From positions 1 to 52,733 of IMG/VR virus record IMGVR_UViG_3300010400_000010: a stretch of DNA of 52,733 bases; one strand, written 5' to 3'. The DNA comes from a virus. Lineage: Duplodnaviria; Caudoviricetes. Of this stretch, positions 18,449 to 30,700 are shown one piece after another. The notes under the pieces were generated by a model. The model was not told where the DNA came from and did no database searches. It saw only the letters and a program-made list of their open reading frames with translations. The translations under genes were made by a program, and so were the position numbers. Within the stretch, counting starts at the first letter, position 1; each line of letters starts with the position of its first letter.

Positions 18449-20140
18449 ATGACCTTCAATCAAAACTCTTTTGCTGGTGGTTTGAACTTGTTGTCAGATG
18501 ACACAAGATTGCAACCAAATGAATATAGATTAGGATTTAATCTCAGGAATCGTTTTGATACTTTGGTTCCAAATCTCACCACTGTTCAAGATCAAAACGC
18601 TCCAGTTGGAATCAAACAAGGATTGTTTGCAATCAGTTTGAATGTTTTGATTTTATTCTGCGCTGGAAAAGCCTATTACAGATTGACAACCCAAACAGTT
18701 TGGACACAAATTGCTGGTTTTCAAATGTCAACCACAGCCTACAGGTTGTTTGCTGAGATCGTTCCGGCCTCCACATTGAATTTGAATCGGTTCCTTGTTA
18801 CACCCGGCATCACTTCTTCAAACAGTCCGTTGAAAGATGTAGTCCAAACCTCAAATGTCACTGTAAATGGAACTCCAGCTTGCATGATAGTACAGGATGG
18901 TTCCAACCAACCATGGATTATCTACATTGATCCTCTTAGTGGTTTACCTCTAAGTAGAGTTAGTCAAAACTATGCTGACTGGACAATGCTTAACAGGGAA
19001 TATATTCCCATCGGCACTCAGATGGCATATTTTTCTGGAAAACTTTATGTGGTTTCTCCTGATGGACACACCATTTTGAGTTCAGTTACAGGAAGGCCGA
19101 TGGATTTTGTCATTAACATTGATATAAATGGTGACAAAGGTGGAGATGCTTACACAACATCTTATAGTGTAAGCTTCGATCCAATATCCTGTATGATCGC
19201 AGTAAATTCTGCGGCCCTTTTCGTCTCCACACAACGGTCAAGTTTTTCAGTCACTCCAAATCTTGACATCACATTTTTTGGTGAACCAACTTTTAACTCT
19301 CAACTATTATTCGAGGCTGGTTGTGTGAATCAGTTTTCTTTCATCGACATCCTTGGAGATTATGCTTTCATTGACCATGAAGGACTCAGGAGTTTTAATG
19401 CAATTGTTCAAGAAAAGAATGAAGGAAGAAATTCCATCTTCTCTTTAAAAATTACGAGGGCTTTTAAAAACATTCTTCAATCCGGAGATTTCAACTGTGC
19501 AATCTCATTCGACAATTATGGATTATTCTCCGTTAATACTATTTATGGAAAATGCTTGGTAATCTATGATTATCTAGCTAAAGTTTTTGTCGGAATGGAT
19601 TTTGCAATCACTGGAAAAGGTTTCAAACAAATGGCTAGGTTTGAAACTGGCAGTTTGCAATTGTTTGGGATCGCCGAAGACAATGAAGTTTACCATATCT
19701 ATGGTGGAGATTCTTACGAAGTTTGTAGTGTTCAAACCGGCAGTTGGTGTAGTGGACAACCTTCAATCGAACTCAAGCCGCAAAAGTTCCGAACTGTGTT
19801 TGTCCAACAAAAACTCGATGGAGATGTTAATGTGAGTTGTTACGTAAATAATAAGAGGGTTCCAACAAACATGAGTGGAACAAAATCTCAACAACTAAAA
19901 GCCACAATGTCTGGTGTTGGTTATCCGGCATATTATCCAGTTTTATACGACAGTGGAGATACGGTTTACAATATGTATTTCCAATTCTCCGAAGCTTCTC
20001 AAGGATGGAAACACAACTTCATGGTTAGGTGGAGTGGTGGAGCAACTCTAACCAACATGCAATCAGACGTAAGTGATCTCACTCCAATGCAACCACTTCA
20101 AACCCAAGCAAAGAATAGTTTACAACAATTCAACCCATGA
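18449..20140 (+). CDS. Putative tail nozzle/stabilisation protein (P22 gp10 / T7 gp12-like)
   Basis: N-terminal SFAGGLN motif, beta-propeller-like composition, position. Confidence 0.65.
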   Translation: MTFNQNSFAGGLNLLSDDTRLQPNEYRLGFNLRNRFDTLVPNLTTVQDQNAPVGIKQGLFAISLNVLILFCAGKAYYRLTTQTVWTQIAGFQMSTTAYRLFAEIVPASTLNLNRFLVTPGITSSNSPLKDVVQTSNVTVNGTPACMIVQDGSNQPWIIYIDPLSGLPLSRVSQNYADWTMLNREYIPIGTQMAYFSGKLYVVSPDGHTILSSVTGRPMDFVINIDINGDKGGDAYTTSYSVSFDPISCMIAVNSAALFVSTQRSSFSVTPNLDITFFGEPTFNSQLLFEAGCVNQFSFIDILGDYAFIDHEGLRSFNAIVQEKNEGRNSIFSLKITRAFKNILQSGDFNCAISFDNYGLFSVNTIYGKCLVIYDYLAKVFVGMDFAITGKGFKQMARFETGSLQLFGIAEDNEVYHIYGGDSYEVCSVQTGSWCSGQPSIELKPQKFRTVFVQQKLDGDVNVSCYVNNKRVPTNMSGTKSQQLKATMSGVGYPAYYPVLYDSGDTVYNMYFQFSEASQGWKHNFMVRWSGGATLTNMQSDVSDLTPMQPLQTQAKNSLQQFNP

Positions 20141-20370
20141 GCGCACCAGTTAATTTTATAGTTTTTACCTCACCAGATGTTTTGTTCACATCTGTTGCTG
20201 ATGCTAACAACTTTTTTGGAAACCTTACAGTTAGTAGTGCAACAACTGGAGTTGAAGGAGTTGTGAAAAAAGCCCTGTTACCAGCACCAGCGATTGTGGA
20301 CCTTACAGACCTCACCACAAAATTCAACCAACTCCTTAGTGCAATGCAAAACGCCGGTCAAGGACAATAA
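20137..20370 (+). CDS. Small head-fibre-like protein
   Basis: ATTGVEGVVKK..KFNQLLSAMQNAG pattern. Confidence 0.55.
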   Translation: MSAPVNFIVFTSPDVLFTSVADANNFFGNLTVSSATTGVEGVVKKALLPAPAIVDLTDLTTKFNQLLSAMQNAGQGQ

Positions 20371-20374
20371 AAAT

Positions 20375-20755
20375 ATGATTCATGCTACGAAAACTTTGGA
20401 CGATCTTGTGGAGTGGATATTAGTAAACAGAAAAGGAAATGCTTTTTCTGTGAATAAAGGTTGGGAAAAAGAACAAATTGCTTCTTCGATTGTATTTGCT
20501 TTTCAGTCCAACACATTGTTGTATTGTACGGAAAACAATGAGTTTGTGGGTGTGGTGGTTGGAACAAAATTGAATGGAACAGACACGATTGTTGTTCAGA
20601 ATATACTTGTTACAAAACGTGGAGTTTTAAAGAAGTTTGTTCAGGCTTTTCAATCAATGTATCCGGGTTGTGATTTGAGAGCAAAAAGAAAGGGAAAACT
20701 CGTTAATTATAACACCACAAAACTTTGTTCAAAAATTAAGAATTTATGCAAATAA
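20375..20755 (+). CDS. Hypothetical protein, possible GNAT-like fold
   Basis: Occupies the slot of the podovirus acetyltransferase-like gene before ejection proteins; ENNEFVGVVV. Confidence 0.45.
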   Translation: MIHATKTLDDLVEWILVNRKGNAFSVNKGWEKEQIASSIVFAFQSNTLLYCTENNEFVGVVVGTKLNGTDTIVVQNILVTKRGVLKKFVQAFQSMYPGCDLRAKRKGKLVNYNTTKLCSKIKNLCK

Positions 20756-21690
20756 ACAATTTTGATCTTTATCTCTCACTGGTTCTTGGACACACAATAT
20801 TATTAGAATCAAAAGGCCATGAACCTTTGGGAGAAATTTGGTTAGTAAATGGTGGTGATCCTCCTGCACCGGACCCTTCTGCTTACTCGAATGCAAATTT
20901 TGCTTCACTAAGAGAAAACCTTCCGGGTATCATTCAGGCCGCAAATCAAGGAGCTGTTCCTACTGCACAATCTGGATTGGCTGCTGCACAAGCTGTAACC
21001 CCCGGTTATAGTCAGCTTGGAATTGACACTCTACGACAATATCTCCCCCAATACGCTGATGTTGGCAACCAAGTCAATGAACAAAATGCTCAAGCAAATG
21101 CACAAACAGATTTGGATGTTCTTGGTGGAACTGGTGGACAACTCGCAAGAACCGCAGCAGACCTTCAGAATCAAGTTGATCCACAAACTGCTCAGATCAG
21201 AAACTTGGAATCTGGTAGAATTCAAGACCTATTAGGCTCCATCAATCTCAATGGTCTATCTGGTGGAGAACAAGCAGCAATTGAACGAGCCAATGCACAA
21301 GGAGCATTAGCTACTGGAAATCTTGGAAACGACTCTGCTATAAACACTGTCAAGAATGCTTCTAATTTTGGTAACGCTCTCCAATCCAAACGTGATGCTC
21401 TAACAAAAGCACTAGACACTGCTACGGCTTTTCTTCCAGCTAGTAAGAGTGGTATAGATGCAACTCAAGTTGGTCTAGGAAGGCCAAGTGTAAATAGTGG
21501 TGTAAGTCAATTTGCTCCTTCTCCTGGAGCACAACAAGGTGTAGCAACAAGTGCTGGTGCTGGCACAAGTCTTGCTAATAGTGCGTTAGGTGCGACGACA
21601 GATATTTTCAATAACTCTGCCAACATCAACGCCAATCGTCGTGATAGTTTAGATCGAGCAACAGGAACACTCTCCTCGCTTCCCACTTAA
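20746..21690 (+). CDS. Putative ejection (internal virion) protein
   Basis: A/G/Q/N-rich, GGDPPAPD motif, position. Confidence 0.65.
   Translation: MQINNFDLYLSLVLGHTILLESKGHEPLGEIWLVNGGDPPAPDPSAYSNANFASLRENLPGIIQAANQGAVPTAQSGLAAAQAVTPGYSQLGIDTLRQYLPQYADVGNQVNEQNAQANAQTDLDVLGGTGGQLARTAADLQNQVDPQTAQIRNLESGRIQDLLGSINLNGLSGGEQAAIERANAQGALATGNLGNDSAINTVKNASNFGNALQSKRDALTKALDTATAFLPASKSGIDATQVGLGRPSVNSGVSQFAPSPGAQQGVATSAGAGTSLANSALGATTDIFNNSANINANRRDSLDRATGTLSSLPT
21560..21576 (+). promoter_or_regulatory. Internal sigma-54 promoter upstream of three-gene enzyme cassette
   Basis: CTGGCACAAGTCTTGCT, near consensus, ~114 nt before ATG 21690. Confidence 0.65.
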
Positions 21691-22124
21691 TGTCCAACGA
21701 GTTATTCACTGAGTTAGAAAGTTTCTTCCATGCTTCTGGTAAACAAGAGGCATGGAAGTTCTTATTGCATTTCACAGACTATATCGAAGGAGTGGATGAT
21801 TTGGTTGATGAGCCAAAAAACATTGAGCTTGTGAATAAGGTCGCCGCTAAAGCAATGGCGTTGTATAGTAGTAGTTATTGGGGAGAAAACAAACGCGAAT
21901 TATACTTAGTGGCTAGACTCATACATTTTACATATTTTGACATTGTAGAATGGGAACTTAGTGACGAGATATGGAAAAAACAACACGCTAAAGTGTTGTC
22001 TCATTGTGGATATAATATGTTGCTTGCAATCCTACTTCATGAGTTCGGCGACTTTGCTTATCAACGATTTTCAGTACAAATCCGTGAACATGCCCATCTA
22101 AAACACCTCAACGATCCTATATGA
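21690..22124 (+). CDS. Helical DDxxD-motif protein (isoprenoid synthase-like fold?)
   Basis: GVDDLVD motif in an all-alpha ORF. Confidence 0.5.
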   Translation: MSNELFTELESFFHASGKQEAWKFLLHFTDYIEGVDDLVDEPKNIELVNKVAAKAMALYSSSYWGENKRELYLVARLIHFTYFDIVEWELSDEIWKKQHAKVLSHCGYNMLLAILLHEFGDFAYQRFSVQIREHAHLKHLNDPI

Positions 22125-22870
22125 AATTCCCGATTCATATCATAGTTTATTGCGACAATCCAGAACTAGCTGGAGCGGCTTATCTTACACTAGATTCTGT
22201 TAGGGTTGGATTTCCAACGAGTGAGATCACAGTACATTGGTGTGGAAACAATGTAGATGTGATGAAGAAAGTTGTGGAGAAGGCCGATTTGATTGATGCA
22301 AAGGTGAATTATAATTTTGCTGGAATGACTCATCCAGCAGTGGTGAAACAGTTGTTTTTAGAGGAGAGTCATTTCATCTTATTGGACTCTGATGTGGTGT
22401 TTTGGAAAAATTGTGAAGATTTTCAACCTACAAAAGGACTTATTGCTGGAAGATTGATTCCACAATATGAATGTCCAGTAGTGGAAGCTGTAATGATTCA
22501 AAGACTTCATACCAGCTTTATGTATTTTCTTGATACATCTGCAATCAGAGATGCAATCAAGAAAGAAAATCTACGGTATGTGACGTTTGATCCAATAAGT
22601 CCATTTATCTCCTGTTATCAGGGCCGGCGGCATTTTTATGATACAACTGCAAATTTGTATCAGTTGATTGATGGAGAAATTTTTGATGAGGAGATGATGG
22701 ATAGGTTTGATCATCTGGGTTGTGGAAGTTATATTGATAAAGTAGAACAAATCCGGCCTGATATTTTCAAAGGTGTTAACAAAGATTATAAGGCTTTTTT
22801 CAACGATACTTTATTGATGAAAAACTTGTGGAAAAATCACAACGAATACTACAGAGCTTTGCGAGTATGA
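22121..22870 (+). CDS. Putative GT-A fold glycosyltransferase
   Basis: FILLDSDVVF DxD motif, C-terminal DHLG. Confidence 0.65.
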   Translation: MKFPIHIIVYCDNPELAGAAYLTLDSVRVGFPTSEITVHWCGNNVDVMKKVVEKADLIDAKVNYNFAGMTHPAVVKQLFLEESHFILLDSDVVFWKNCEDFQPTKGLIAGRLIPQYECPVVEAVMIQRLHTSFMYFLDTSAIRDAIKKENLRYVTFDPISPFISCYQGRRHFYDTTANLYQLIDGEIFDEEMMDRFDHLGCGSYIDKVEQIRPDIFKGVNKDYKAFFNDTLLMKNLWKNHNEYYRALRV

Positions 22871-23193
22871 TCCACAAATTTAAAAACTGTTTAGGTATCA
22901 CTCTCTGGAGGTGGAACAATTTTCAAATCGAACTTTGGTTTTGTCCTCCAAAAACCTACATTCCTTCTCACAAACATTCTTGTATTGATAGTGAGATTTT
23001 TCCCTTAAAAGGCCATGCAATTTTTACCCGAGAAACCGAAACGGTTTTTTCAGAGTTGATTAAATTCTTTACCATCAATCACAACCAATCTCATTCTTTC
23101 GGTGTTTTTGATAAATGGTTTATTTTTCTAAATTTTGAAAAATGGACCTCAAAACCAACAAGTGCTAGTGTGGATTTTCAACCCTCAAACTAA
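22867..23193 (+). CDS. Cupin domain protein
   Basis: IPSHKH....E.....G and second motif INHNQSHSF. Confidence 0.7.
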   Translation: MIHKFKNCLGITLWRWNNFQIELWFCPPKTYIPSHKHSCIDSEIFPLKGHAIFTRETETVFSELIKFFTINHNQSHSFGVFDKWFIFLNFEKWTSKPTSASVDFQPSN

Positions 23194-23201
23194 ATAAAAA
23201 T

Positions 23202-24752
23202 ATGGCCGGAAAACAAGCTCGCGGTGGACGCAGTTCTTCAAGTGGTGGTGGAAAAGGAAAAGACTTCAGTGGAGCAGTTGGACTTATTGGAGGATTGTTG
23301 GATACTCCTGCTGAAGAAGGACAACCCGGTGGTAAGAATCCGGCCTTTGGAGCAAAAGGGCCGGAAGATGTTAGTTATTCCTACAAAGGTGATCCATCTT
23401 CTGCGATTAGTAAGTTTGGAACATCTAATCCAAATGTTCCTATCACAGGATTTTGGAGCAGGTTGTTTCAAGGAGATAAAGCCAAACAAGTTGATAGTTC
23501 AAATCTCAACGCTAGGGTTGCAGGTCAGTTAGAAGATGAATCGAACAAAAAGAATGTCGGCCTCAAACGAGATGAAGAACAACACAGTTTAGACAAAGCC
23601 ACCGATATTCTTCTTGTACATAATGCTGACAAATATAAAGGAATGGACCCCGATGAAGCTAGGGCCGCAGCTAAAAACGAAGCCAATGATTTGGGAGTTG
23701 GCAATGTTTTACAAGGAGCACAAATTGCAAAAGCCAACAGAGACTTAGCAGTTTCTCAAGCTCAAATGTCTGGTGATAAAGCCAGAATTTCAGCAGCAGC
23801 AAATTCATACGATATAAATGCTGCTATTGCTGAAGCTAAAGCAAAAACTCAACAAGCTACTGATAGAGAATCAATTTCACGTGAAACTACTCCTGGACTT
23901 ATTGAAGGAGAAAAAGCTCGTAGTAGAGCGGATGTGGAGAGATTCAACAACGAAGCAATTCAAGGAGCTAAAGTTAATCCAATCAAACGTGATACTAACT
24001 ATGCTCAAGCTAAAATTGATTTAGGCCGAACTGAAAATCAATTAGGTCGGTTGGGAACCACACTAGAAACCGATAGTGCAGTTGGAGATATTGCAAACAA
24101 AGAAGCAACTTTTAATCGTGAACAACAACCAAAACAGCAGAAAGTTTTAGGTAGCACATTGGATCATGCGATTGATAAACTTGCTGATACTTTTAAAGCT
24201 CAGGATGAGGCAACAAAAACTGCAATAGTTGAGTCTATTGCAAAACGTAAAGCCACACCATCTATCTATGCTGGTGAAGCTTTTAAAGGTCGAACCCAAT
24301 ACAATAATCCAAATGCTGCTGGACAGTTTGAACTTACTCCAAACACTGATCCAAATAGTCCAGAACCTTATACAAAAGGTCCAATGGCTCCCAACACTGG
24401 ATATGTGCCAAAAGCAAACGATCTTCTTGGTCCTGTTCTAGGAAGTCCTACAAATGTTGGAAGTAGAGTTATTGGACCTGATGGAGTTGCAAGGCCGTTA
24501 GGTGGGAGTGTAGGTGGAGTTAGAAAACCTGTTGGAAGAATTGATGTTAATGAGGGACAAAAAGACGAACAAATTATTCCAGACAATGAAACTCCAAATC
24601 CGGGTTTTATTCAACCTCCACAACCAATAGCTCCAGGAATTACACCAGAAACTTCTAACGCTTTGATTCAAGCTGTGCAAAATCTCCAGAAACAAAAGCT
24701 TCGTAATTCAAGATACGAAACTGTTGGTGGTGGAATTGGTGGAAATTACTAA
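23202..24752 (+). CDS. Putative ejection protein
   Basis: G/A/Q-rich, helical, precedes giant virion protein. Confidence 0.6.
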   Translation: MAGKQARGGRSSSSGGGKGKDFSGAVGLIGGLLDTPAEEGQPGGKNPAFGAKGPEDVSYSYKGDPSSAISKFGTSNPNVPITGFWSRLFQGDKAKQVDSSNLNARVAGQLEDESNKKNVGLKRDEEQHSLDKATDILLVHNADKYKGMDPDEARAAAKNEANDLGVGNVLQGAQIAKANRDLAVSQAQMSGDKARISAAANSYDINAAIAEAKAKTQQATDRESISRETTPGLIEGEKARSRADVERFNNEAIQGAKVNPIKRDTNYAQAKIDLGRTENQLGRLGTTLETDSAVGDIANKEATFNREQQPKQQKVLGSTLDHAIDKLADTFKAQDEATKTAIVESIAKRKATPSIYAGEAFKGRTQYNNPNAAGQFELTPNTDPNSPEPYTKGPMAPNTGYVPKANDLLGPVLGSPTNVGSRVIGPDGVARPLGGSVGGVRKPVGRIDVNEGQKDEQIIPDNETPNPGFIQPPQPIAPGITPETSNALIQAVQNLQKQKLRNSRYETVGGGIGGNY

Positions 24753-24758
24753 ACTTTT

Positions 24759-27700
24759 ATGCCACTTACTACACAGCAGAAAAGAGCGTTGTTGATAGAT
24801 CATGGATATAATCCAACAAAATACGAATTGGATGAAGATGGAAATGTTTTCGATGTTGTTCCTTCGATTGAAGAACAAGCTCACCAACAAGGAGTAGAAC
24901 AAGGACTCGAAGCAGGTAAAGGTTTAAAAGGAGAAGTTAGAACAGCAGCAAACACGCTTAAATCTTCTGCGGCCCCCGGAATTGTTGGAGGAGCCGTTGG
25001 ACTTGGAACATTAGGGTTGTTAGGTGCGGCCCCTTTTACTGGTGGAAGCTCCTTGATTCCTCTAGTCGGCTCTCTTGTTGCAGGAGGACTTGCTAGTTAT
25101 GGAACTGAAAAAGCTCAAGAAGCTATCAAGGAAAAAATCTACACACCAGAAGAAATAGAAAGAGCCAAAGGTTATAGTGAAGGTTTGCAAAGTGACAACA
25201 AGATTGGAGCAACAGTTGGAAATCTTATTCCACAATTCGCTACGTTTAGACCTAGTGTAAATAGTCTGAAACAACTTGGTGGAGCAGCAAAAAATACACT
25301 AGCTCTAAATCCAGTTACGATTCCTCAAGCCACTGCTGTCAAAAATGCTTTAGTAGGAGGAAGTATTAGCGCCGGTCAAAACATTGGAGAACAAGCTTTT
25401 AGACTTGGTACTGGAGAACAAACAGATTTTGATCCCGAGAGTCTAGTACAGTCTACATTGACTGGTGGATTGATGAGTGAACCCACCCAGTTTGCTAAAA
25501 CTCTTTCTGGTGGACATCTTCAAACTACTCCATCTCCTAATGCTTTTAAAGCAAAATTAAGCAAAGTGGAGGGTGGAACTTTAGGACCAAACACAGTTAG
25601 AAACCTCGACACTGGAACTTTACAAAATCGTCCAGCATACGAAGCTTGGTTGAATAAGAAGAATGAACAAGATGCAAAAGACCTTGCGATGTTGAAACAG
25701 AAAGCTGTTGAGGCAGTAAAAACTGGTGGTGAGGGACTAACTCCAGAAGAACAAAAAATATTGGCAGAGAATTATATGATGGCGGCGAATAAACTCACAC
25801 CGCCGTTGTCACCACTTGAGGAGAATTCTGTAGTATCTGCTGAGAGTAGTCCAAAAGTTGAAACTAATGAGGATTTACAATCTCAGCTTAATGCAGAGCT
25901 TGGACAAACAGATGATAATACTCCTTTTCAACCTCAAACTCCCAATCGAAATATCCCTCGTGAAGGAGAGTTGAGAAAAGCCCAAGAAGAAGGAGCACAT
26001 TTCGGCGTTGATGTTGCCCTTGCAAATCGTAATATCACAACTCCATCTGGTACAGAAGTTCGTGGAAGACAAAAAGACTATGGTGAAGGACAACGGCCCG
26101 GAGCGGATTTAAGTCCAGAACATTGGACATCAGACACACCTTATCATGAAGTGTTGCATAAGTATGTGAGTGATCTGTTAGGGAGTAGTGACAAAACAGA
26201 TAGGGAGATGGGACAGAAAGCTTTGGAGGTGATTAAAAGTTCTCCACAAGCTCAGGAATTTCTCAAACAACACCTAGAACAAAATCCTCACCACAATCTC
26301 AATGATGCTGCTGAAGAATATTTGGCTCAGATTGGAGGAGAGAAATTTGCACAGATTGTTGAGAATGAAGCAAGTGGAAAAAATGGTGGAAAAGTGGTGG
26401 AGTATTTTAAGACGTTGGCGAATAATTGGAGGAGCCGATTTGGAACACCTACGCCGGAAAACATGGCGGAGTATTTGATCAATCGTGGGCGTAGTGGGGA
26501 TGCTTATGATTATAACACCTCTCTTAATCCAAAGTGGAGGACGAAACAAGGTGGTGGAGATAAATTTCAACCATTACCTATTGTTGGTGGACGGCCTGTT
26601 TTTACAACATCGACTGAGAAAGAACTCACAAATCAAAGGCCATTTGGTTTAACTCCTAACAAACAGGATGCTTTTTCGACACAGAGTTTGGTTAGTAAGT
26701 TGAACTCAATAGTTCCTAAAGGTGAAATGGAATTGTTGAGAGAGAATGGATTAGATGAGTTTTTGAGCGGGAAAGTTCAGGTTGGAAGGGAGGAGTTTGG
26801 AAAATGGTTGAGTGAGAATTCACCATCTCTTGAAGTGAAGAAGATGGGGAGTGGAGCTAGTGGTGGAGATACTGCATCAAATTATGCTCATGAGTTTGAA
26901 ACCAGATTTAACGATAAATACTCAATAGTAAATGAGTTTGGTTCAGTTTCTGATCAAGATGGAAAAGTAATTAAGGCCGAAGATGTTCCTGACGCTGCTG
27001 CTAGAGATTTATTGCTTAGGTATCGTAAAGCCTATGCAGAAGGTAGATTGATTCCTGACTCTAAACAGAAATCCGCCACTCAACGTTTCACCATGGTTAA
27101 TCCCAAACCTCTCGATCAAATGGAAGGTGCGACGGATATTTTGGTAAAGAGGCCACCATTGTCAGAATCTCAATTGTTATCAAAATATAAAAAAGATTTA
27201 GTAGCTGGTGATAGGGGGCAATTCAATCAAGAAGAAATTCAAGCGAGACTAAACGCAAAATCAGTTAAAGAAATAGAAGAACTTGGATCACTTGTTGATT
27301 ATAATGATACTCCCAAATTCCGTGAAGGTATCCACTTCCCCAACGATCCAAACGTAATTGGTTTTTCAAGAGGTTATACTGAAACATTACCAAGTGGTGA
27401 AAAAGTGTGGCATGTTTTTGAGGTTCAGAGTGATTGGGCGGCGAAGATGGCTAAAACATTTGGTGGAGATAGAGCACCACAATCTCCAGAAGCAATTCAA
27501 GATTATAAAGAAAGATTTGCTGATCCCCGTCTCGACTATTATCAAAACCTTCTGCTAAAAGCCAACATCCAACATGCATTAGAAACAGGACATAAGTATA
27601 TTGCAATTTCTGATGGTCCTACGGTGGCGCTTACTGAGCATCATGATCAAAGTGATATTCTAATAGGGCCGTTTAAAACTAATGAAGAAGCTCTTGCAAA

Positions 27701-30700
27701 AGCCCAACAACTAGAATCAAAATATCCTGGAAAAGAAAGAGATAATTTTGGAGTGCAAGCTTTTCGTGATGATCCAGACTATTATGTAACCCCCACCTCC
27801 AACAACAACACTCCAAAACTCGATCTCTTCAAAGAAGGCTTTCGGCCCTCCCAATTCTCAGGCGATGTTCAACACTATGATAAAAACCTTCCGGGAATTT
27901 TAAGAAAACTCACTGAAAGTGAAGGAGAAAGGGTGAGTTTTGGAGAGCATCAGAATAGTCAACAACGTGTTGCTGGAACTGGAATTCCTTTAGAGGGAGG
28001 AGAGCCTTCTAGAACAACCTCTAGAGATGATCTCCTCCTCCACGAACCCACTGACAAACTTGACTCAGAAGGTAAACCAATTCTAAAACCAAAAACCGAC
28101 ATCACTGCTAGAGTTTATCCACTAGACAAAGTTGGTAACAGACTAAATCAAGAAAGTTTCACCCAATTTGGCAAATTTCAACCTTTAAAAAAAGATACAA
28201 TCCCAACCAACATCGACCTCACCGATGTCCCAGATGCTCCACGTAAACCAAATGAAATAGTTCCAGTTCCTCGAACAGATGTTGGAAAACTCTACGACCA
28301 ACATGTTCCATGGTGGCCGGCAAGGTTGTTGTCTTCGGTTGCAGATAAAGTTGGATATGAGGGAAAAACTCCAGAGTCGAATAATATCTCCTCTTATTCA
28401 AAACAAGCGTTGAAAAGTACGCTACGAACGGCAACCAGACTTGTTGGAAAATATCTCGAACCAGTCACAAGCGCAATTGACGAAGCAGACTTGAGTAAAT
28501 CTCAACGAACAGATGTGAGAAAATATTTATATGATATGTCCCACGAAGGAAGTTCAGACTTGGAAGACACAATCATGGCTGATCCCAACATGAGATATGT
28601 TGCACAAGAAGCTGTGAAATCTTATGTTGGTTTTCATGAAGAACAACGAAAAGAAGGTTTGAAAATAAATGGACGAGCAGCAATAAGTAGGGAAGGAAAA
28701 TTTCCAGATATTGAGTCTCAAGAAACGGCCCGAACCGTTACTGAGAATCCCTTGTCTGCTGAAGCAAAACAGCTTAGAGAAGACCTCTTTGATTATTGGA
28801 TGCGAGTAACGCCGGATGACATGGTTCCTAAAAAAACCACCAAAGAACAGTTTGTTCAAAAACAAATCACAGATTATATCACAGCCATTGGAACAAGAAC
28901 GAGTGGAAAAGATGCGAGCATTGAGTTTGGAGCATTACGTAGAGCAGAAGGTCTTGGATTACCTTATAGTTGGGTAGACAAAGACATCTCTTCTACAATG
29001 CAACGATATTTCAATCGTGCTTCAAAAGATTTAGCTTATTGGAAACACATCCAAAATGATCCTTACATGAGGACCATCCTAAATATTCCAGACACAGAAA
29101 ATAAGTTTGATTCCAACTTACCAATATTGCCGGATGGAACAGAAATCCAACCCAACAATCCCATCACAGGAAACACTCGAACAGAATTGTTAGGAAGTCT
29201 GGCTAAAAACTTATCAGATTCTGATGCGGCGATTTTGAGTGGCAACCGTCTCGTAGCAAGTGGAATTCTTGGACCTCTTAGTGGACTCAAGGATTTTGTA
29301 AGTTCGAGTTTTGGAGATTTCCAATACATGCGTCCACAGGATGTTCACAATTGGTTGACAAGCTTGAAAGATTTCAAAGAAGCTTGGGATAAAAGTTTTG
29401 AGTATGGAGTGAACCGAACCAAGATCAATCGTATCCAGTATGCAGCAGACAGCATTGGAAAAATAACCGACGGCGCTAATTATGTAGCGGATTTGCTTAC
29501 TAAACTTCAAGGCCGAAACTTGTTGGAAAAAATCACCAGAGCTAAAGAATTTGCAATGGGGATGAATCTGGCTGAAACCTTCTTACAAGCTCCACCAACT
29601 GATAAAACCGCAGCTAGGTTTTTAAGATTGTTTGGTGAAGGAGTCGAAGGTGGTGCAGAACAATGGAGAGGAAACAAGAATATACCTAGGGAGGTAATTC
29701 ATGAAATGGCCGCTGCGTTTGTAGAGAGAGGACAAGGAACTTATGATAGTAGAGGGTTGCCTAGTTGGGCACAACGTGGAGCAGCAGCGCCGTTTTTCTC
29801 TCTCAATAGGTGGAGTATCGAGAAGTTTAACAACTCCTACAAAGATGTTTACTTACCTCTTAGATTGGAGGGTGATGTTTCTCCATTGTTAAAAGCCACA
29901 CTCTCTGGAGTTCTTGGTGGACTTGCTATTAAAAAACTCTCTGAAATCATGTCTGGTCGTCTTCAACAACAACCAACAATCTCTGAAGCTGAAGCTTCAA
30001 AAGAATGGGATCAAAAAGCTTATGCAGTAGCATCCACATTGAATGCTGGAGATTATTTTGGTTTTGCTGGTGGAATGGTAAACAGTATATGGGACAGTGC
30101 AGAAGGACATACGAAAACTTCTAACATAATGTTTCCAGCTTTGGACTTTGCATCCAATACGCTTGGACCTATGTTGGGAAATTGGACCCGTGCAATTCGT
30201 CAAGGGGCCGATGTTACTGATGCAACATTGAAGTTTGCTCAAGATTTGGCTGCAAACTCTATTCAGAGTTGGAGATTGATTGCAAATCATGTTGGTGATG
30301 AACAAAAAGAAGCCGTTGAAACTGCAAACCAGAAACGGGATTTGAAAGTTTACAAACGCTTGGAAGGATTTCCAGTGGATGTTAGTTCTCAAGATGCTGG
30401 TAATCCTTATTTACTGCCTGCTGGTAGAAGACTGAAAAGAGACACTAACGAAGAAGACATTTCCAAAGATGCCATCAAGGCCGTCGAACAAGCCATCGCT
30501 ACTTCAAATGGAAAAACAGATATTGCAGTTAGAAACTTGCAAAATCTGTTAAACCAACGAGGAGAAAATGTGTTACCGAATCCAACCAGTTTAGAAAAAA
30601 CCCGATTATTGTATGGTTTTAAAGACTTCTTGATTCGGACCAAAGGCCAAGCTTATTGGAATGAGTTTGCACAAAAGTATCGTGTGGATCAGGTGTTGGA

